NCBI GenBank assembly: GCA_963828465.1
Contig: CAWHEU010000025.1
Span: 142,103-206,102 of the forward strand
DNA from: an uncultured Acidobacteriota bacterium
GTDB lineage: Bacteria; Actinomycetota; Acidimicrobiia; Spongiisociales; ZC4RG35
Direction: 5' to 3'
DNA: 64,000 bases
Part shown: positions 19,624 through 30,240 of the stretch, one piece after another
Layout: each line of letters starts with the position of its first letter
Numbering within the stretch: the stretch's first letter is position 1
Notes under the pieces: generated by a model
Database searches by the model: none
Told to the model about the DNA's origin: nothing
Seen by the model: the letters and a program-made list of their open reading frames with translations, nothing else
Made by a program: the position numbers and the translations under genes

Positions 19624-19636
19624 GCAGTTCGAGGTA

Positions 19637-20599
19637 TCAGCCGCCCATCACGATCACCACCAGACGCCCGGTGGGGCCGTCGACGACGGAGATGCCGGTG
19701 CGGTCATAGGCGGTAACGGCGAATTGGGATAGGGCGGTCGGCGATCCCAGCATCGCGTCGACTGCGGCCCGTGCGCTGCTGGCCAGGGCCAGGTTCTCAC
19801 CGACCACGGCAAGGCGGATCCCGGCGGCGGCGACATCGGTTGTCACGCTTCCGCCAGGCGGGTAGTCCCGAGAGAGCCGGCCGCTGGTGTACATCCCCAC
19901 CGCCCTCGATTCGGCGATTCCGTCCAGCCCAGCGCTGCGCCCCAAGGCAGAAAGACCGAGACCTGTCCGATGCTCGTTTACCTGCTCCAACACACCCGCA
20001 GTTTCGTCCCGCACCTGGCGGACCTCGTCGGGGGCGGCGGGAGGGATGGTCAGGACCTCGTTTCCTTCCGGGACGATCCGGTTCACGCCAAACAACCCCT
20101 GGATCGCCGCCAACGAGCCAAGCACCCCGTCGGGCGCCATCGTCTCGAAAACCTGCTGGGGCGCCGCATCTGGTCCGGCAATGGCCTGGGCGACCGAAGA
20201 GTCCTCGAAACGAGCATCCCAGCCGCCGGGGACCACCCGGGCCAGATTGATCACCACGAGGATGATGGCGATCCCCCACAGCGCCGCGACCGCGGCACCA
20301 CCAAGGCGGTTGATCAGATTCAAACCCGGTAGCGACATCACCCGCGACAGATAGTGGGCGGCGATGGACATCGCCACACCGAAGAGCAGAAAGAGGACCA
20401 CACCCGCCCCGATGGTGGCCACCTCCGGCGACACCGAGAAACGATCGGTGAGGAACTCGCCTAACGGGCCGCTCAGGCGAAACGCAATCCAGAGGCCGAT
20501 GAAGAGAGCCACCAGGTCGAGAGCCTCCCTGACGAACCCACGAAGCCAACCCCGAACCAGCAGCCCGGCGATGAACAGCCCGAGGACGAAGTCGACCAT
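19637..20599 (-). CDS. CvpA (colicin V production) family protein fused to a CAP/SCP-like domain
   Basis: RGWLRGFVRE and INRLGGA in the N-terminal TM domain; VNEHR, VGENLA, TGI in the C-domain. Confidence 0.78.
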   Translation of the reverse strand: MVDFVLGLFIAGLLVRGWLRGFVREALDLVALFIGLWIAFRLSGPLGEFLTDRFSVSPEVATIGAGVVLFLLFGVAMSIAAHYLSRVMSLPGLNLINRLGGAAVAALWGIAIILVVINLARVVPGGWDARFEDSSVAQAIAGPDAAPQQVFETMAPDGVLGSLAAIQGLFGVNRIVPEGNEVLTIPPAAPDEVRQVRDETAGVLEQVNEHRTGLGLSALGRSAGLDGIAESRAVGMYTSGRLSRDYPPGGSVTTDVAAAGIRLAVVGENLALASSARAAVDAMLGSPTALSQFAVTAYDRTGISVVDGPTGRLVVIVMGG

Positions 20600-20602
20600 T
20601 GC

Positions 20603-20630
20603 GTCCTACGTTGTACGTTCTGAGCGCTAC
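20603..20630 (-). repeat. Degenerate heptamer tandem repeat (consensus GTAGAAC)
   Basis: Minus strand reads GTAGCGC TCAGAAC GTACAAC GTAGGAC. Confidence 0.45.
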
Positions 20631-20648
20631 ATATCGCGGTATTGCCGG

Positions 20649-21044
20649 TTAGACCCGGATGGTCAGGACCGGGCAGGGGGCACTCATCAGGATGTCGTGG
20701 GCGTTCGAGCCGAGGAGGAACTTGCCCGCCGACGTCCGTTGCCGGAGACCGATCACGATCACCTCGCCGCCGAGGTCGCTCGCGGCCTGGACGATGTCCT
20801 CCGCCGGCGCGTTTCCCCGTACGAAGTTGTGGATCGAGTAGGTGATGCCCTCCTTCGACAACTCCTCGTCGATGATCGCCAGGTCGCGATCACTGGCGAC
20901 CACGTCCTCGTCGTCATCCACTCCGGCGCCGTGCAGCGAATGAACCACCACCAGATCGGTGCCCCGCAGCTTGGCCTCTGTGATGCCCAGTTCCAATGCG
21001 GCCCGGCCGCGGTCTGCGGACATGTACCCGACGATCACGCTCAT
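20649..21044 (-). CDS. Universal stress protein
   Basis: IVGY, VIVIGLR, LLGSNAHDILMSAPCPVLTI. Confidence 0.92.
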   Translation of the reverse strand: MSVIVGYMSADRGRAALELGITEAKLRGTDLVVVHSLHGAGVDDDEDVVASDRDLAIIDEELSKEGITYSIHNFVRGNAPAEDIVQAASDLGGEVIVIGLRQRTSAGKFLLGSNAHDILMSAPCPVLTIRV

Positions 21045-21074
21045 GGTTGCCTTTCGCCTCCTGGTGGGCGGAAA

Positions 21075-21809
21075 TTAGCTCCCGGAGAGCTCGATCCGCA
21101 TCCTCTTGTTGGCTTTTCCCTTCGACTCGGTCTTGACCACTCGCACCTGGCCCACCTCCAGGGTGGAGGCGACATGGGTGCCTCCGTCCGCCTGTCTGTC
21201 GAGACCCACGATGTCGATCACCCTGATCTCCTCCACCCACTCCGGGATGAGGTTGACCTTGGTCCGGATCAGGTCCGGGTCCTTCATGGCCTCCTGGCGC
21301 GCCATGAAGACCACCTCGGTCGGATAGCCACGAACCAGCTCTTCGTTGAGCCTTCGTTCGACATCCTGACCGAACTCGACCGAGATGCCCTCCAACTCGA
21401 AGTCCATCCGGGCAACGCCGGGCTCCATGTTCCCCCCGGTCACCTTGGCGCCGAAGTCCCGGAATATGACGCCGGACAGGGCGTGAAGGGCGGTATGGGT
21501 CCTCATCGTCCGATAGCGGCGCTCCCAATCGATCAGGCTCTGCACGGGCGTTCCCGGGTCGGGGAGGATGGCGCCAGTGGCGACGACATGGAACGGCATG
21601 CCGTCCTTGCGGACGGTATCGGTCACGTCGATCTGCCCGCCGTCCCAGCGTATGACCCCGATGTCACCCGGCTGGCCGCCGCCCCGGGCGTAGAAGACAG
21701 TGCGGTCGAGAACGAGTCCCTCGTCGGAGACGCTCGAGACCGATCCCTCGGCCTCGGCGCGATAGGCGTCCGTCGACGCCAGCTCTTCTGTGGGTCCCGA
21801 CCCGGCCAT
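21075..21809 (-). CDS. alaX: Alanyl-tRNA editing protein (AlaX)
   Basis: LDRTVFYARGGGQPGD, MRTHTALH, DGGTHV. Confidence 0.9.
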   Translation of the reverse strand: MAGSGPTEELASTDAYRAEAEGSVSSVSDEGLVLDRTVFYARGGGQPGDIGVIRWDGGQIDVTDTVRKDGMPFHVVATGAILPDPGTPVQSLIDWERRYRTMRTHTALHALSGVIFRDFGAKVTGGNMEPGVARMDFELEGISVEFGQDVERRLNEELVRGYPTEVVFMARQEAMKDPDLIRTKVNLIPEWVEEIRVIDIVGLDRQADGGTHVASTLEVGQVRVVKTESKGKANKRMRIELSGS

Positions 21810-21846
21810 GGGCGGCGAGCCTAGACCGGTCTGAAACCAGCCTTCC

Positions 21847-22576
21847 TCAGGTGGTCTCGCCTGAGGTGAGACCGGAGAGCCGCCAGACCCTCGACTCCCA
21901 GAGGAACCTGGAGCCCTTGGGCACGAGATGGACGATGCCGTCCGCGATCAGGTTCTTCAGGGTCTCGCTGTCGGCGATCAGAGAGGGCAGCGGGATCATC
22001 TTCTCGGCGCGGGCGGCCACCTTGTCGTAGAGGGCGCGGGCCGCATCGAGGATTGCTGTCTCATCCTGAAGGCTGCCGGTGGGGAGGAAGACCCGTCCGC
22101 CCGGGCCGCAACCGACGAACGGCCTCTCGCAACATCCGAATCGGCAGCTCGCTCCCGCGTGGCCCACCACCCTTGCCGTCGGGGAACCAGCCGCTCACCT
22201 CGGCCAGAGAATCCGGCACGCCCGATACGTCGCCAATGATCACATCGGCGTCGACGTCCTCGTCGAGAGGATCGAACAGATCACCCTGGTGGAACTCGAT
22301 CCGGTCGGCGACGCCATGCGCCTCGGCGTTCGCCCGGCCCACCTCCTCTACCTCGGGGCTGTTGTCGATGGCCAGCACTCGTGACGCGCCCAATTTGGCG
22401 GCGATGATGGCGAGGACCCCGGTACCGGTCCCGACATCGATGACCACGTCGCCTTCCTTGACGTCCATGGTGTCCGCGACCAGGGTCGAGATCGTGGTCG
22501 GGGCAAACGTGTGCTCCCCGAGAATCAGGTCGAGCGGCCCCAAGCGGCCTTTCCATTGAAAATATCCAGCTGCCAT
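21847..22576 (-). CDS. Class I SAM-dependent methyltransferase (PrmA/HemK-like), frameshift near 22090
   Basis: VIDVGTGTGVLAIIAAKLGA, GDLFDPL; C-terminal part continues in ORF 21847..22170. Confidence 0.75.
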
Positions 22577-22630
22577 CAGGATTCCCGTCGTTCGTTGACA
22601 TCAATCTACCTGGTTTGGCACTACTGATCA

Positions 22631-23188
22631 CTAGCGGGATGTGGAATCGTCGGGAACGAACGGCGCACCGTGCCCTGGAACTATCAATGTGGCCACCTCC
22701 AGGACCCGCTCTCGGTGTATGTGGAGGCCCTCGGGGTCGGTACACAGCGGATCGTGAAAGGGAGCGTCCCGGTACCACCAGAGGTGGCTGAAGGCGATCG
22801 TCTCCCCGCCATCCTTGACCATCGTCGTGACGTCCTGAGCAGTGTGACCAGGCGTTTCCCACAACTCGACGCCTTCGGCCACCTCGAATCCCTCAGCCGG
22901 TCTGGATGTCCAGACGTCGTCTTTGTAGATCGCCCAGTGGTCGTGGATGTTGGCGTTGGGAAAGAGGGCGACGTTGATGGTGTGGTCAGGATGATGGTGG
23001 GAGAGGATCACATCGGTCACCTCCTCGGGCGAGCGACCGAGCCCGGCAATTGGGTCGAGGATCACCGACGTCGATGACACCATCCCGGGGTCGATGACGA
23101 TGAGCGCCGAGCCCGCGTCGATCAACGAGATGGTCGAGGCGACGCGATCCCCGCCGTAGCCGACGTTGAGGAGATGAAAGGCCGGCAT
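22631..23188 (-). CDS. MBL-fold metallo-hydrolase
   Basis: SHHHPDH, TPGHT, VPGHG. Confidence 0.88.
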   Translation of the reverse strand: MPAFHLLNVGYGGDRVASTISLIDAGSALIVIDPGMVSSTSVILDPIAGLGRSPEEVTDVILSHHHPDHTINVALFPNANIHDHWAIYKDDVWTSRPAEGFEVAEGVELWETPGHTAQDVTTMVKDGGETIAFSHLWWYRDAPFHDPLCTDPEGLHIHRERVLEVATLIVPGHGAPFVPDDSTSR

Positions 23189-23192
23189 TGTC

Positions 23193-24284
23193 CTACGACT
23201 CGCCGATTGGCAGCATCTCCAAGCCGGTGAAGGTCCTGTTAGCGAGAACCTCCATCGTCTCCGAGTTGCGGGTGTCGACGACCCATATGCCACGCGATCC
23301 CGGGTAGGCGACGAAGCGCCCGTCCGAGCTCCAGGCGAGCTGAGGCACACCAGGACGACCGTCCGATTGGAGAGATGGGCCGCTGCCCTCGACAGGCATC
23401 ACGTGGATGCCCTCGGCGGTGAGGAGAGCGAGCCGTTGCCCGTCATCTGAGAATCGACCGGCGAGCACATCCTCTGATGGGGTAGCGGCCGGAAGCATCC
23501 GGACTCCGCCACCGGCACTGAGCAGACCAACTCCCTGGTTGTCGACAGCCAGCCAGCCCGTGCCGACCGAGTCGAGGATCCGCCCGATCTTGGTGTCTTT
23601 GATCTCCCCGGCGGCTGTGAACAGGACGATGTTGGCGCGAGCATCATCCTGTACGGCAAAACCCCAATCCCCCCATGCCTCGACACGCCCATCGATGCCG
23701 ACGGCCCGTGTGACTAGCTCGGGCACGCCGTTCCCCTGGTGCACCGCCCAAATCTGGAGCTCATCGTCGACAAAGGTGGTGTAGGCGAGTTGTGAGGGAC
23801 CGGTGTCATGCCAGGCGTATCCGGTGACGTCGGTGGCGATGATGGCGGCGTCTTGAGGGATCCCCGCATAGAGGACACCGGAGGGCTGGTCGGGAACGGG
23901 AAGCAACGAGGCGATGCTGCGTCCCGACAGGTCGAACTCGACCGGATCTGGGGGTCGGGAGACCCCGACCGGGATCGTCCGGACGATGGGCTCGCCACGG
24001 ACGGGCCAGACCAACAACTCGAGGCTCTGGCCGTCGCTGCGCGACACAGTGATCAGGCCATCGGGAAATCCGTCGATCACATCGCCGATTCCGCCCTGCT
24101 CCACACCCGCCCCGGTGGCCGTCGTGCTCGTGACCGCTTCGCCCGACGGGCCCGGCCGCAACACCAATATGGTCAGACCGGCACCCAGGACCAGACCCAC
24201 CACAAGCCATCCCAAGGCGGGTCGTGAGCCCCGCGGTTGCCGAGACTCACGGTCATCCTCGACGACTTTCGGTGCCGACACCAC
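23193..24284 (-). CDS. Membrane-anchored hypothetical protein with beta-propeller (TolB/PD40-like) repeats
   Basis: Single N-terminal TM; FSDDGQRLA and AWSSDGRFVAY repeats. Confidence 0.6.
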   Translation of the reverse strand: MVSAPKVVEDDRESRQPRGSRPALGWLVVGLVLGAGLTILVLRPGPSGEAVTSTTATGAGVEQGGIGDVIDGFPDGLITVSRSDGQSLELLVWPVRGEPIVRTIPVGVSRPPDPVEFDLSGRSIASLLPVPDQPSGVLYAGIPQDAAIIATDVTGYAWHDTGPSQLAYTTFVDDELQIWAVHQGNGVPELVTRAVGIDGRVEAWGDWGFAVQDDARANIVLFTAAGEIKDTKIGRILDSVGTGWLAVDNQGVGLLSAGGGVRMLPAATPSEDVLAGRFSDDGQRLALLTAEGIHVMPVEGSGPSLQSDGRPGVPQLAWSSDGRFVAYPGSRGIWVVDTRNSETMEVLANRTFTGLEMLPIGES

Positions 24285-24413
24285 GTCGCAACGGTACGCG
24301 TGAAACAGATATCTGAGGGCCGTTCCCGGTGACTGAGCCCGAAATTGAGTCTAAAGTCGCGCCGCGGCGTGGCTCCCTGTCTCGCCGCGCGTTTCCACAT
24401 GGAGGAAAGAAAT

Positions 24414-25763
24414 ATGAAAATGAAGAGAGGCCTAAAGCTTCTCGCGCTCGTGGGAGTCCTTTCCCTCGTGATCGCCGCTTGCGGCGGCGGTGAGGGCGGA
24501 GACACCACCACGACGGCCGGTGGGGCCGAGACGACGACCAGCGCCGCCGGTGAGGAGACCACAACCTCAGCGGCCGGCGACACGACGACGGCTCCGGCCG
24601 AAGGCCTGGGCACGATCGAGGTCGCAGCAGGCGACCCCATCAAGATCGCGTCGTTGCAGTCGATCAGCGGTGAGACGGCCAGCCTCGGGACCGACCAGGT
24701 GCGTGCGATCGAGATCGCCATCACCGATAAGGCCGAGGTCCTTGGTCATCCCATCGAGCTCGCCTTCAACGAGGACGATGGCTGCAGCTCGGAAGGTGGT
24801 CAGACGGGTTCCACCCGGATCATCGCCGATCCTCAGGTGGTTGCCGTGATCGGCACCAGCTGCTCGGGCGCAGGCGTCCCGGCATCGAACGTGGTCACTT
24901 CGGCGGGAAGGGTCCTGATCTCAGGGTCCAACACCTCGCCGGTGCTGACCTCGGACCTGGCAGGCACCGCGTCCCCCGAGTACCACGTGGGATACTTCCG
25001 GACGGCTCACAACGACGCCATCCAGGGAGCCGCCGCCGCAAAGTTCGTGTTCGAAGAGCTCGGACTGACCCAGGTTGCGACCATCAACGATGGTGACCCC
25101 TACACCCAGGGTCTCACCGGTGCCTTCGAAACCCCATTCGAGGAGCTTGGCGGGACGATCGTCCTCAGCACGGCGGTGACGGCCGACCAGACCGACATGC
25201 GCTCGGTGTTGACCGAAGTCGCAGCCGCAGGTGCGGAGCTGATCTTCTTCCCGATCTTCCAGCCCGCAGGCGACTTCATCGCCGAGCAGGCCCTGGAAGT
25301 GGCCGGCCTGGAAGAGACGGTTCTGATGGGCGCGGATGGTCTGCTCTCGGACACCTACGTGACCCTGCCTCAGACTGAGGAGATGTACTTCTCAGGACCG
25401 CAGACTCCGACCACTGATGCCTATGCCGAGTTCGTCACCAAATACACCGAGGCCTATGGAGAGGCTCCGATCCAGTCGTTCCACGCTCACTCCTACGACG
25501 CGACCAACATGGTGTTCACCGCCATCGAGGAAGCGGCCACGGACGACGGCAGCGGCAACCTGACCATCGACCTGCAGGCGTTCCGGGATGCCTTGGGCAG
25601 CATGACCCACGAGGGTTTGACCGGCTCGCTGAGCTGCGATGACTTTGGCGACTGTGCCTCCCCGAACATCGACATAGTCCAGAACACCGCCGACCAGGCT
25701 GACATCGAAGCGGTTCGCGGCAACGTTCTCATCAGCTACTCGAGGGAGGACCTGGGTCTCTGA
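24414..25763 (+). CDS. Branched-chain amino acid ABC substrate-binding lipoprotein (LivK-like)
   Basis: GGAGG RBS, lipobox IAAC, VIGTSCSG, YFRTAHND, HSYDA. Confidence 0.9.
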   Translation: MKMKRGLKLLALVGVLSLVIAACGGGEGGDTTTTAGGAETTTSAAGEETTTSAAGDTTTAPAEGLGTIEVAAGDPIKIASLQSISGETASLGTDQVRAIEIAITDKAEVLGHPIELAFNEDDGCSSEGGQTGSTRIIADPQVVAVIGTSCSGAGVPASNVVTSAGRVLISGSNTSPVLTSDLAGTASPEYHVGYFRTAHNDAIQGAAAAKFVFEELGLTQVATINDGDPYTQGLTGAFETPFEELGGTIVLSTAVTADQTDMRSVLTEVAAAGAELIFFPIFQPAGDFIAEQALEVAGLEETVLMGADGLLSDTYVTLPQTEEMYFSGPQTPTTDAYAEFVTKYTEAYGEAPIQSFHAHSYDATNMVFTAIEEAATDDGSGNLTIDLQAFRDALGSMTHEGLTGSLSCDDFGDCASPNIDIVQNTADQADIEAVRGNVLISYSREDLGL

Positions 25764-25781
25764 CCTGGGCTCCGCCCAATT

Positions 25782-25813
25782 GCCCGGCGCCGTGGACCAA
25801 CACGGCGCCGGGC
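25782..25813. terminator. Perfect 13-bp stem-loop after the SBP gene
   Basis: GCCCGGCGCCGTG-GACCAA-CACGGCGCCGGGC. Confidence 0.65.
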
Positions 25814-25842
25814 CCCGAACCAACGGGGAGGCCCGTCGCTAA

Positions 25843-26931
25843 ATGACCCAAGCCGCCACTGTCGAAACTCGCCCGGCACGGCGCGCCTCTCGAATCACGC
25901 CGGTAAGTGTCTTTCTCTGGGCTCTCCGGATCGCGATCCTCGCGATAATCCTCTACGGGTCCTACCTCAGCATCTCGTCAGGACGGCTGAGCGCATCACA
26001 GTGGCGAGACCTCTTCGTCTTCGGGATCTCCACCGGCTCGATGTATGCCCTGATCGCGCTGGGCTACACGATGGTCTACGGCGTCCTTCGCTTCATCAAC
26101 TTCGCCCATGGCGAGGTCTTCATGGTGGGGGCGATGATGGCCTTCTACGTGGCCAACGCCCTTGCGGTCACTCCGCTCTGGACGTCCAGCCCGGCCGTCT
26201 CACTCCTGATCGTCCTGGTTGCGGCCATGTTCACCTCTACCGCGATTGCAGTCATCATCGAGCGAATCGCCTATCGGCCCCTTCGGGGCGCCCCACGTCT
26301 CATCCCGTTGATCACCTCCATCGGCGCCTCGTTCACCATTCAGTACCTGGTCCGGGGGCTCGTCGGCCCCGCCACCAAGTCGTTTCCACGGATGGAGCCA
26401 TTGCGAGGCACCTTCGAGTTCGGTGGATTTGTCATCCTCAAGACCCAACTGGTGGTGATCGTCGCCGCGCTGGTGATGATGGGCGGGCTCTACCTGTTCG
26501 TGGAGAAGACAAGGACCGGCAAGTCGATGCGAGCCGTCTCCGAGGATCCTGAAACCGCCGCATTGATGGGCATCAACGTGGACCGCACCATCGTCAATGT
26601 GTTCGCCATCGGTGGCGCCATGGCGGGCGTGGCCGGCGCACTCTGGGGTCTGGTCTTCCCGAGCATCAACTTCTTCTCTGGGTTCCTCCCCGGGATCAAG
26701 GCCTTCACCTCGGCCGTCCTCGGCGGCATCGGCAACATCGTCGGCGCCATGCTCGGTGGCGTCAGTCTTGGGATCTTCGAGTCGGTCGGCCCCAGCCTGG
26801 TCCTCGCCGGCTATGAGATCCCTGCCTTCAGCCAGCTAAAGGATGTGGTGGCCTACGCCGCCCTGGTCCTGGTGCTCATCTTCCGACCGACCGGCATCCT
26901 CGGCGAGCGTCTCGCCCAGGAAAGGACCTGA
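25843..26931 (+). CDS. livH: BCAA ABC permease LivH
   Basis: YALIALGYTMVYGVLRFINFAHGE, KAFTSAVLGGIG. Confidence 0.92.
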   Translation: MTQAATVETRPARRASRITPVSVFLWALRIAILAIILYGSYLSISSGRLSASQWRDLFVFGISTGSMYALIALGYTMVYGVLRFINFAHGEVFMVGAMMAFYVANALAVTPLWTSSPAVSLLIVLVAAMFTSTAIAVIIERIAYRPLRGAPRLIPLITSIGASFTIQYLVRGLVGPATKSFPRMEPLRGTFEFGGFVILKTQLVVIVAALVMMGGLYLFVEKTRTGKSMRAVSEDPETAALMGINVDRTIVNVFAIGGAMAGVAGALWGLVFPSINFFSGFLPGIKAFTSAVLGGIGNIVGAMLGGVSLGIFESVGPSLVLAGYEIPAFSQLKDVVAYAALVLVLIFRPTGILGERLAQERT

Positions 26932-26934
26932 ACC

Positions 26935-28731
26935 ATGTCCCAGGTCATGGACCCACCTGCACCAGTCGAAGTCGAGCTTCGGCCGGCGCCGCCTCTCGAC
27001 ATGCGAAGAGCAGTGAAGCTGGGGTTCGCAGGAGGTGCGGCCATGGTGCTCGTGGCCGCCACCGGGATGGTGGCCACCTTCCAGCCCCGGTTGGTGATCG
27101 ACCCGATCGTGCCGCTGGGGATCTTGTTTCTGTATCTGCTCGCCTTTGCCTTCGGCTGGATGGCAGGCCAGCCGCCGGCGACTCTGGAGGGCTACGAGCC
27201 GGCCACAGCAGGGGCTCGAAACGTCCTCGCCGGTGCACTGGCCGGGCTCCTGGGCGGCCTGTGTCTGGGTTTGCTCCTGATCGCGATCACCGTCTTCGAC
27301 CTGCGAGGCGTGTTCATCAACATGTCTCCAGAGCTGGCCGAAATCCTCGGCTTCGGATTACCGGTGGCTGCCGCAGTGTTCGTGATCGCGCTGGCGTCTG
27401 CGTTTATGGGCGCTCTGGGCGCGGGCGTTCATCTCCTCAGCAGACGGGTACGCCGGGCTTTGATAGGGGCGCTCACCGCCGTGATCGTGTTCTCCGTTCT
27501 CACCGACCTGTTCGGCCAGCTCTTCGCCGGACTGAGTCTCGAGCCTGTCATCGACTTCCTCTACACGGGGCGGGGTGGCGCCCTCACCATCATCGGATCA
27601 GTGGTCATCTTCGGCGCGTTCATCGTCCTTTTCTGGTGGATGGAGGGGCGAGACAGCACGCTTCGGCAGCGGGTTCAGGCGATGCCCAAGGGCCAACGCT
27701 CCCGCTGGCAGATCGGAGCCGCACTGATCATCCTCGTGGTCCTGTATTTCGTGCCGAGGATCATGGGCCCATTCGTCAGCCAGATCCTGGTCACTGCGGG
27801 CATCTATCTGCTGATGGCTCTGGGCCTGAACATCGTGGTTGGCTACGCCGGGCTCCTCGATCTGGGCTATGTCGCGTTCTTTGCAGTTGGCGCCTACACC
27901 ACGGCCATCCTCACCTCTCCGCAGTCACCAGCGTTCGACCCGCAGATCTCGGTGCTCGCCTCCCTGCCGTTCGTCATGGTGGCGGCGGCAATCGCCGGGA
28001 TCCTCGTCGCGACTCCGGTCATTCGAATGCGCGGCGACTATCTCGCCATCGTGACTCTGGGGTTTGGTGAGATCGCCCGCATCCTTCTCAACTCGGAGTG
28101 GCTGGCCCCCGTCTTCGGTGGCGCCCAAGGCATCACCAACATCCCCGACCTCCAGATAGGCCCGCTCACATTCAGCACCCCGCAGGATTACTTCTACCCC
28201 ATCTTCTTGTTCGTGCTGCTCGCCGCATACGTGACGTTCGCTTTGCAGAAATCACGTTGGGGGCGAGCCTGGATGGCGATGCGTGAGGACGAATCCGTGG
28301 CCGAGGCGATGGGGGTGAACATCGTCACGGCGAAGCTCTCGGCGTTCGTTGTCGGCGCCATTTTGGCCAGCTTCGGCGGCTCACTGTTCGCTGCTCAGAT
28401 CGGCTCGGTCTTTCCCCATACCTTCGACATCGTGGTCTCGATCACCGTCCTGGTGATCATCATCGTTGGTGGCATGGGGAGCGTCCCCGGGGTGACTCTC
28501 GGTGCCCTGGTCCTCATCGTCCTCCCCAACCTGCTCCGCGAGTTCTCCGAATACCAGTTCCTGTTCTACGGCGTCCTCCTCATCGTGATGATGCTGAAGC
28601 GGCCGGAGGGCTTCATCCCCAGCAAACGGCGGGCGCAGGAGCTGCACACCGAGGAGCTGTCGCAAGATGCATGGCTCGAGATATACGGCGAGAAGGGCCA
28701 AGCCGAGCACGTGCCAGAGGGCTCAGTCTGA
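26935..28731 (+). CDS. livM: BCAA ABC permease LivM with extra N-terminal TM region
   Basis: GLNIVVGYAGLLDLGYVAFFAVGAY, RGDYLAIVTLGFGEI. Confidence 0.92.
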   Translation: MSQVMDPPAPVEVELRPAPPLDMRRAVKLGFAGGAAMVLVAATGMVATFQPRLVIDPIVPLGILFLYLLAFAFGWMAGQPPATLEGYEPATAGARNVLAGALAGLLGGLCLGLLLIAITVFDLRGVFINMSPELAEILGFGLPVAAAVFVIALASAFMGALGAGVHLLSRRVRRALIGALTAVIVFSVLTDLFGQLFAGLSLEPVIDFLYTGRGGALTIIGSVVIFGAFIVLFWWMEGRDSTLRQRVQAMPKGQRSRWQIGAALIILVVLYFVPRIMGPFVSQILVTAGIYLLMALGLNIVVGYAGLLDLGYVAFFAVGAYTTAILTSPQSPAFDPQISVLASLPFVMVAAAIAGILVATPVIRMRGDYLAIVTLGFGEIARILLNSEWLAPVFGGAQGITNIPDLQIGPLTFSTPQDYFYPIFLFVLLAAYVTFALQKSRWGRAWMAMREDESVAEAMGVNIVTAKLSAFVVGAILASFGGSLFAAQIGSVFPHTFDIVVSITVLVIIIVGGMGSVPGVTLGALVLIVLPNLLREFSEYQFLFYGVLLIVMMLKRPEGFIPSKRRAQELHTEELSQDAWLEIYGEKGQAEHVPEGSV

Positions 28732-29516
28732 TGCCGATTCTCGAGATTCAAGGGCTGAACAAGGCATTCGGCGGGCTACGCGCCATCAACGGCTTGGAGT
28801 TGCATGTCGAGGAGGGCGAGGTAGTCAGCGTCATCGGGCCAAATGGGGCCGGGAAGACAACCTTTTTCAACCTGGTCACCGGGATGGAGACGCCGGACGA
28901 GGGCTCGATCGTCTTCGACGGGCAAGACGTCGTGGGACTCCGTCCCAACCAGATCCTGAAGCTGGGCATGGCACGGACCTTCCAGAATGTGCGCCTCTTC
29001 CCCGCCATGACCGTCCTCGAGAACGTGATGGTCGGCCAGCACTCCCGCACCAAGGCCGGTCTGTTCGGGGCCATTTTCAAGACGCCCTCTCAGCGCAGGG
29101 AGGAGATTGAGATCGAGGAGAGGGCTAAAGAGGTGCTGTCCTTCTTCGGCACCAGGCTGGCCGGCTACCGCCACGACCAGCTCTCTATGGTCCTGTCGTA
29201 TGCCAACCGCCGCCGTCTCGAGATCGCACGGGCCATGGCAACCAGCCCGCGTCTTCTGCTCCTCGACGAGCCGACAGCGGGGATGAACCCTCGAGAAACG
29301 ATCGAGTTGACCGAACTGATCGGCCGGTTGAGGAGCGAGCGGGGGTACACCATCGTCCTCATCGAGCACGACATGCAGGTGGTCCGAAACGTGTCCGATC
29401 GGGTAGTGGTGCTCGACCATGGGGTCAAGCTGACCGAAGGCTCATATGACGAGGTGTCCACCAACGAGAAGGTGATCGAGGCCTACCTGGGACGACCGGC
29501 GGAACTGGGCGCATGA
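28731..29516 (+). CDS. livG: BCAA ABC ATP-binding protein LivG
   Basis: GPNGAGKTT, ARTFQNVRLF, LLDEPTAGMN; TGATG overlap. Confidence 0.93.
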   Translation: MPILEIQGLNKAFGGLRAINGLELHVEEGEVVSVIGPNGAGKTTFFNLVTGMETPDEGSIVFDGQDVVGLRPNQILKLGMARTFQNVRLFPAMTVLENVMVGQHSRTKAGLFGAIFKTPSQRREEIEIEERAKEVLSFFGTRLAGYRHDQLSMVLSYANRRRLEIARAMATSPRLLLLDEPTAGMNPRETIELTELIGRLRSERGYTIVLIEHDMQVVRNVSDRVVVLDHGVKLTEGSYDEVSTNEKVIEAYLGRPAELGA

Positions 29517-30240
29517 CCACCAACGGCGCGCCCCAATCCTCTCCCTCAAAGGGGTGAACACCCACTACGGGGCGGCTCACATCCTGAAAGACGTCGACAT
29601 CGACATCCACGCCGGCGAGATGGTCTGTCTGCTCGGGGGCAACGCATCAGGGAAGACCACGACTCTGAAGACGATGCTCGGTTATCTGAGGCCGTCGTCG
29701 GGGGCGGTTTACATGGACGGCGAGAACGTGAACAGCTGGAGCACGGCACAGCGTGTCGGACACGGGCTGACCATGGTCCCCGAGAACAGACGTCTCTTCA
29801 AGCGGATGACCGTGAGGGAGAACCTCGAGATCGGCGCCTACCTCCGTCAGAGCGACGATCTCGATGCTGACTACGAGCGGGTGTTCGAGATGTTCCCCCG
29901 CGTCAAGGAGCGACTCAGCCAGAAAGCGGGGACGCTGTCCGGTGGTGAGCAGCAGATGGTGGCCATGGGGCGAGCCCTCATGGCACAGCCGAAGGTTCTG
30001 CTGATGGATGAGCCCTCGATGGGACTGGCGCCGGTGCTGGTGGCCCAGAACTTCGAGATCATCGAACAAATCAACAAAGCCGGAGTAACCGTGTTCGTGG
30101 TCGAGCAGAACGCAAATATGGCGCTCTCGATCGCCGACCGGGGTTACGTGCTCCAGACCGGGAAGATCGTGCTCAGCGACACCTCACAGGCCTTGCTGGC
30201 CAACCCTCAGATGAGAGCGGCCTATCTAGGCGACGTCTGA
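29513..30240 (+). CDS. livF: BCAA ABC ATP-binding protein LivF; apparent indel near 29530
   Basis: GGNASGKTT, LSGGEQQM, DEPSMGL; ATGA overlap at 29513. Confidence 0.9.
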
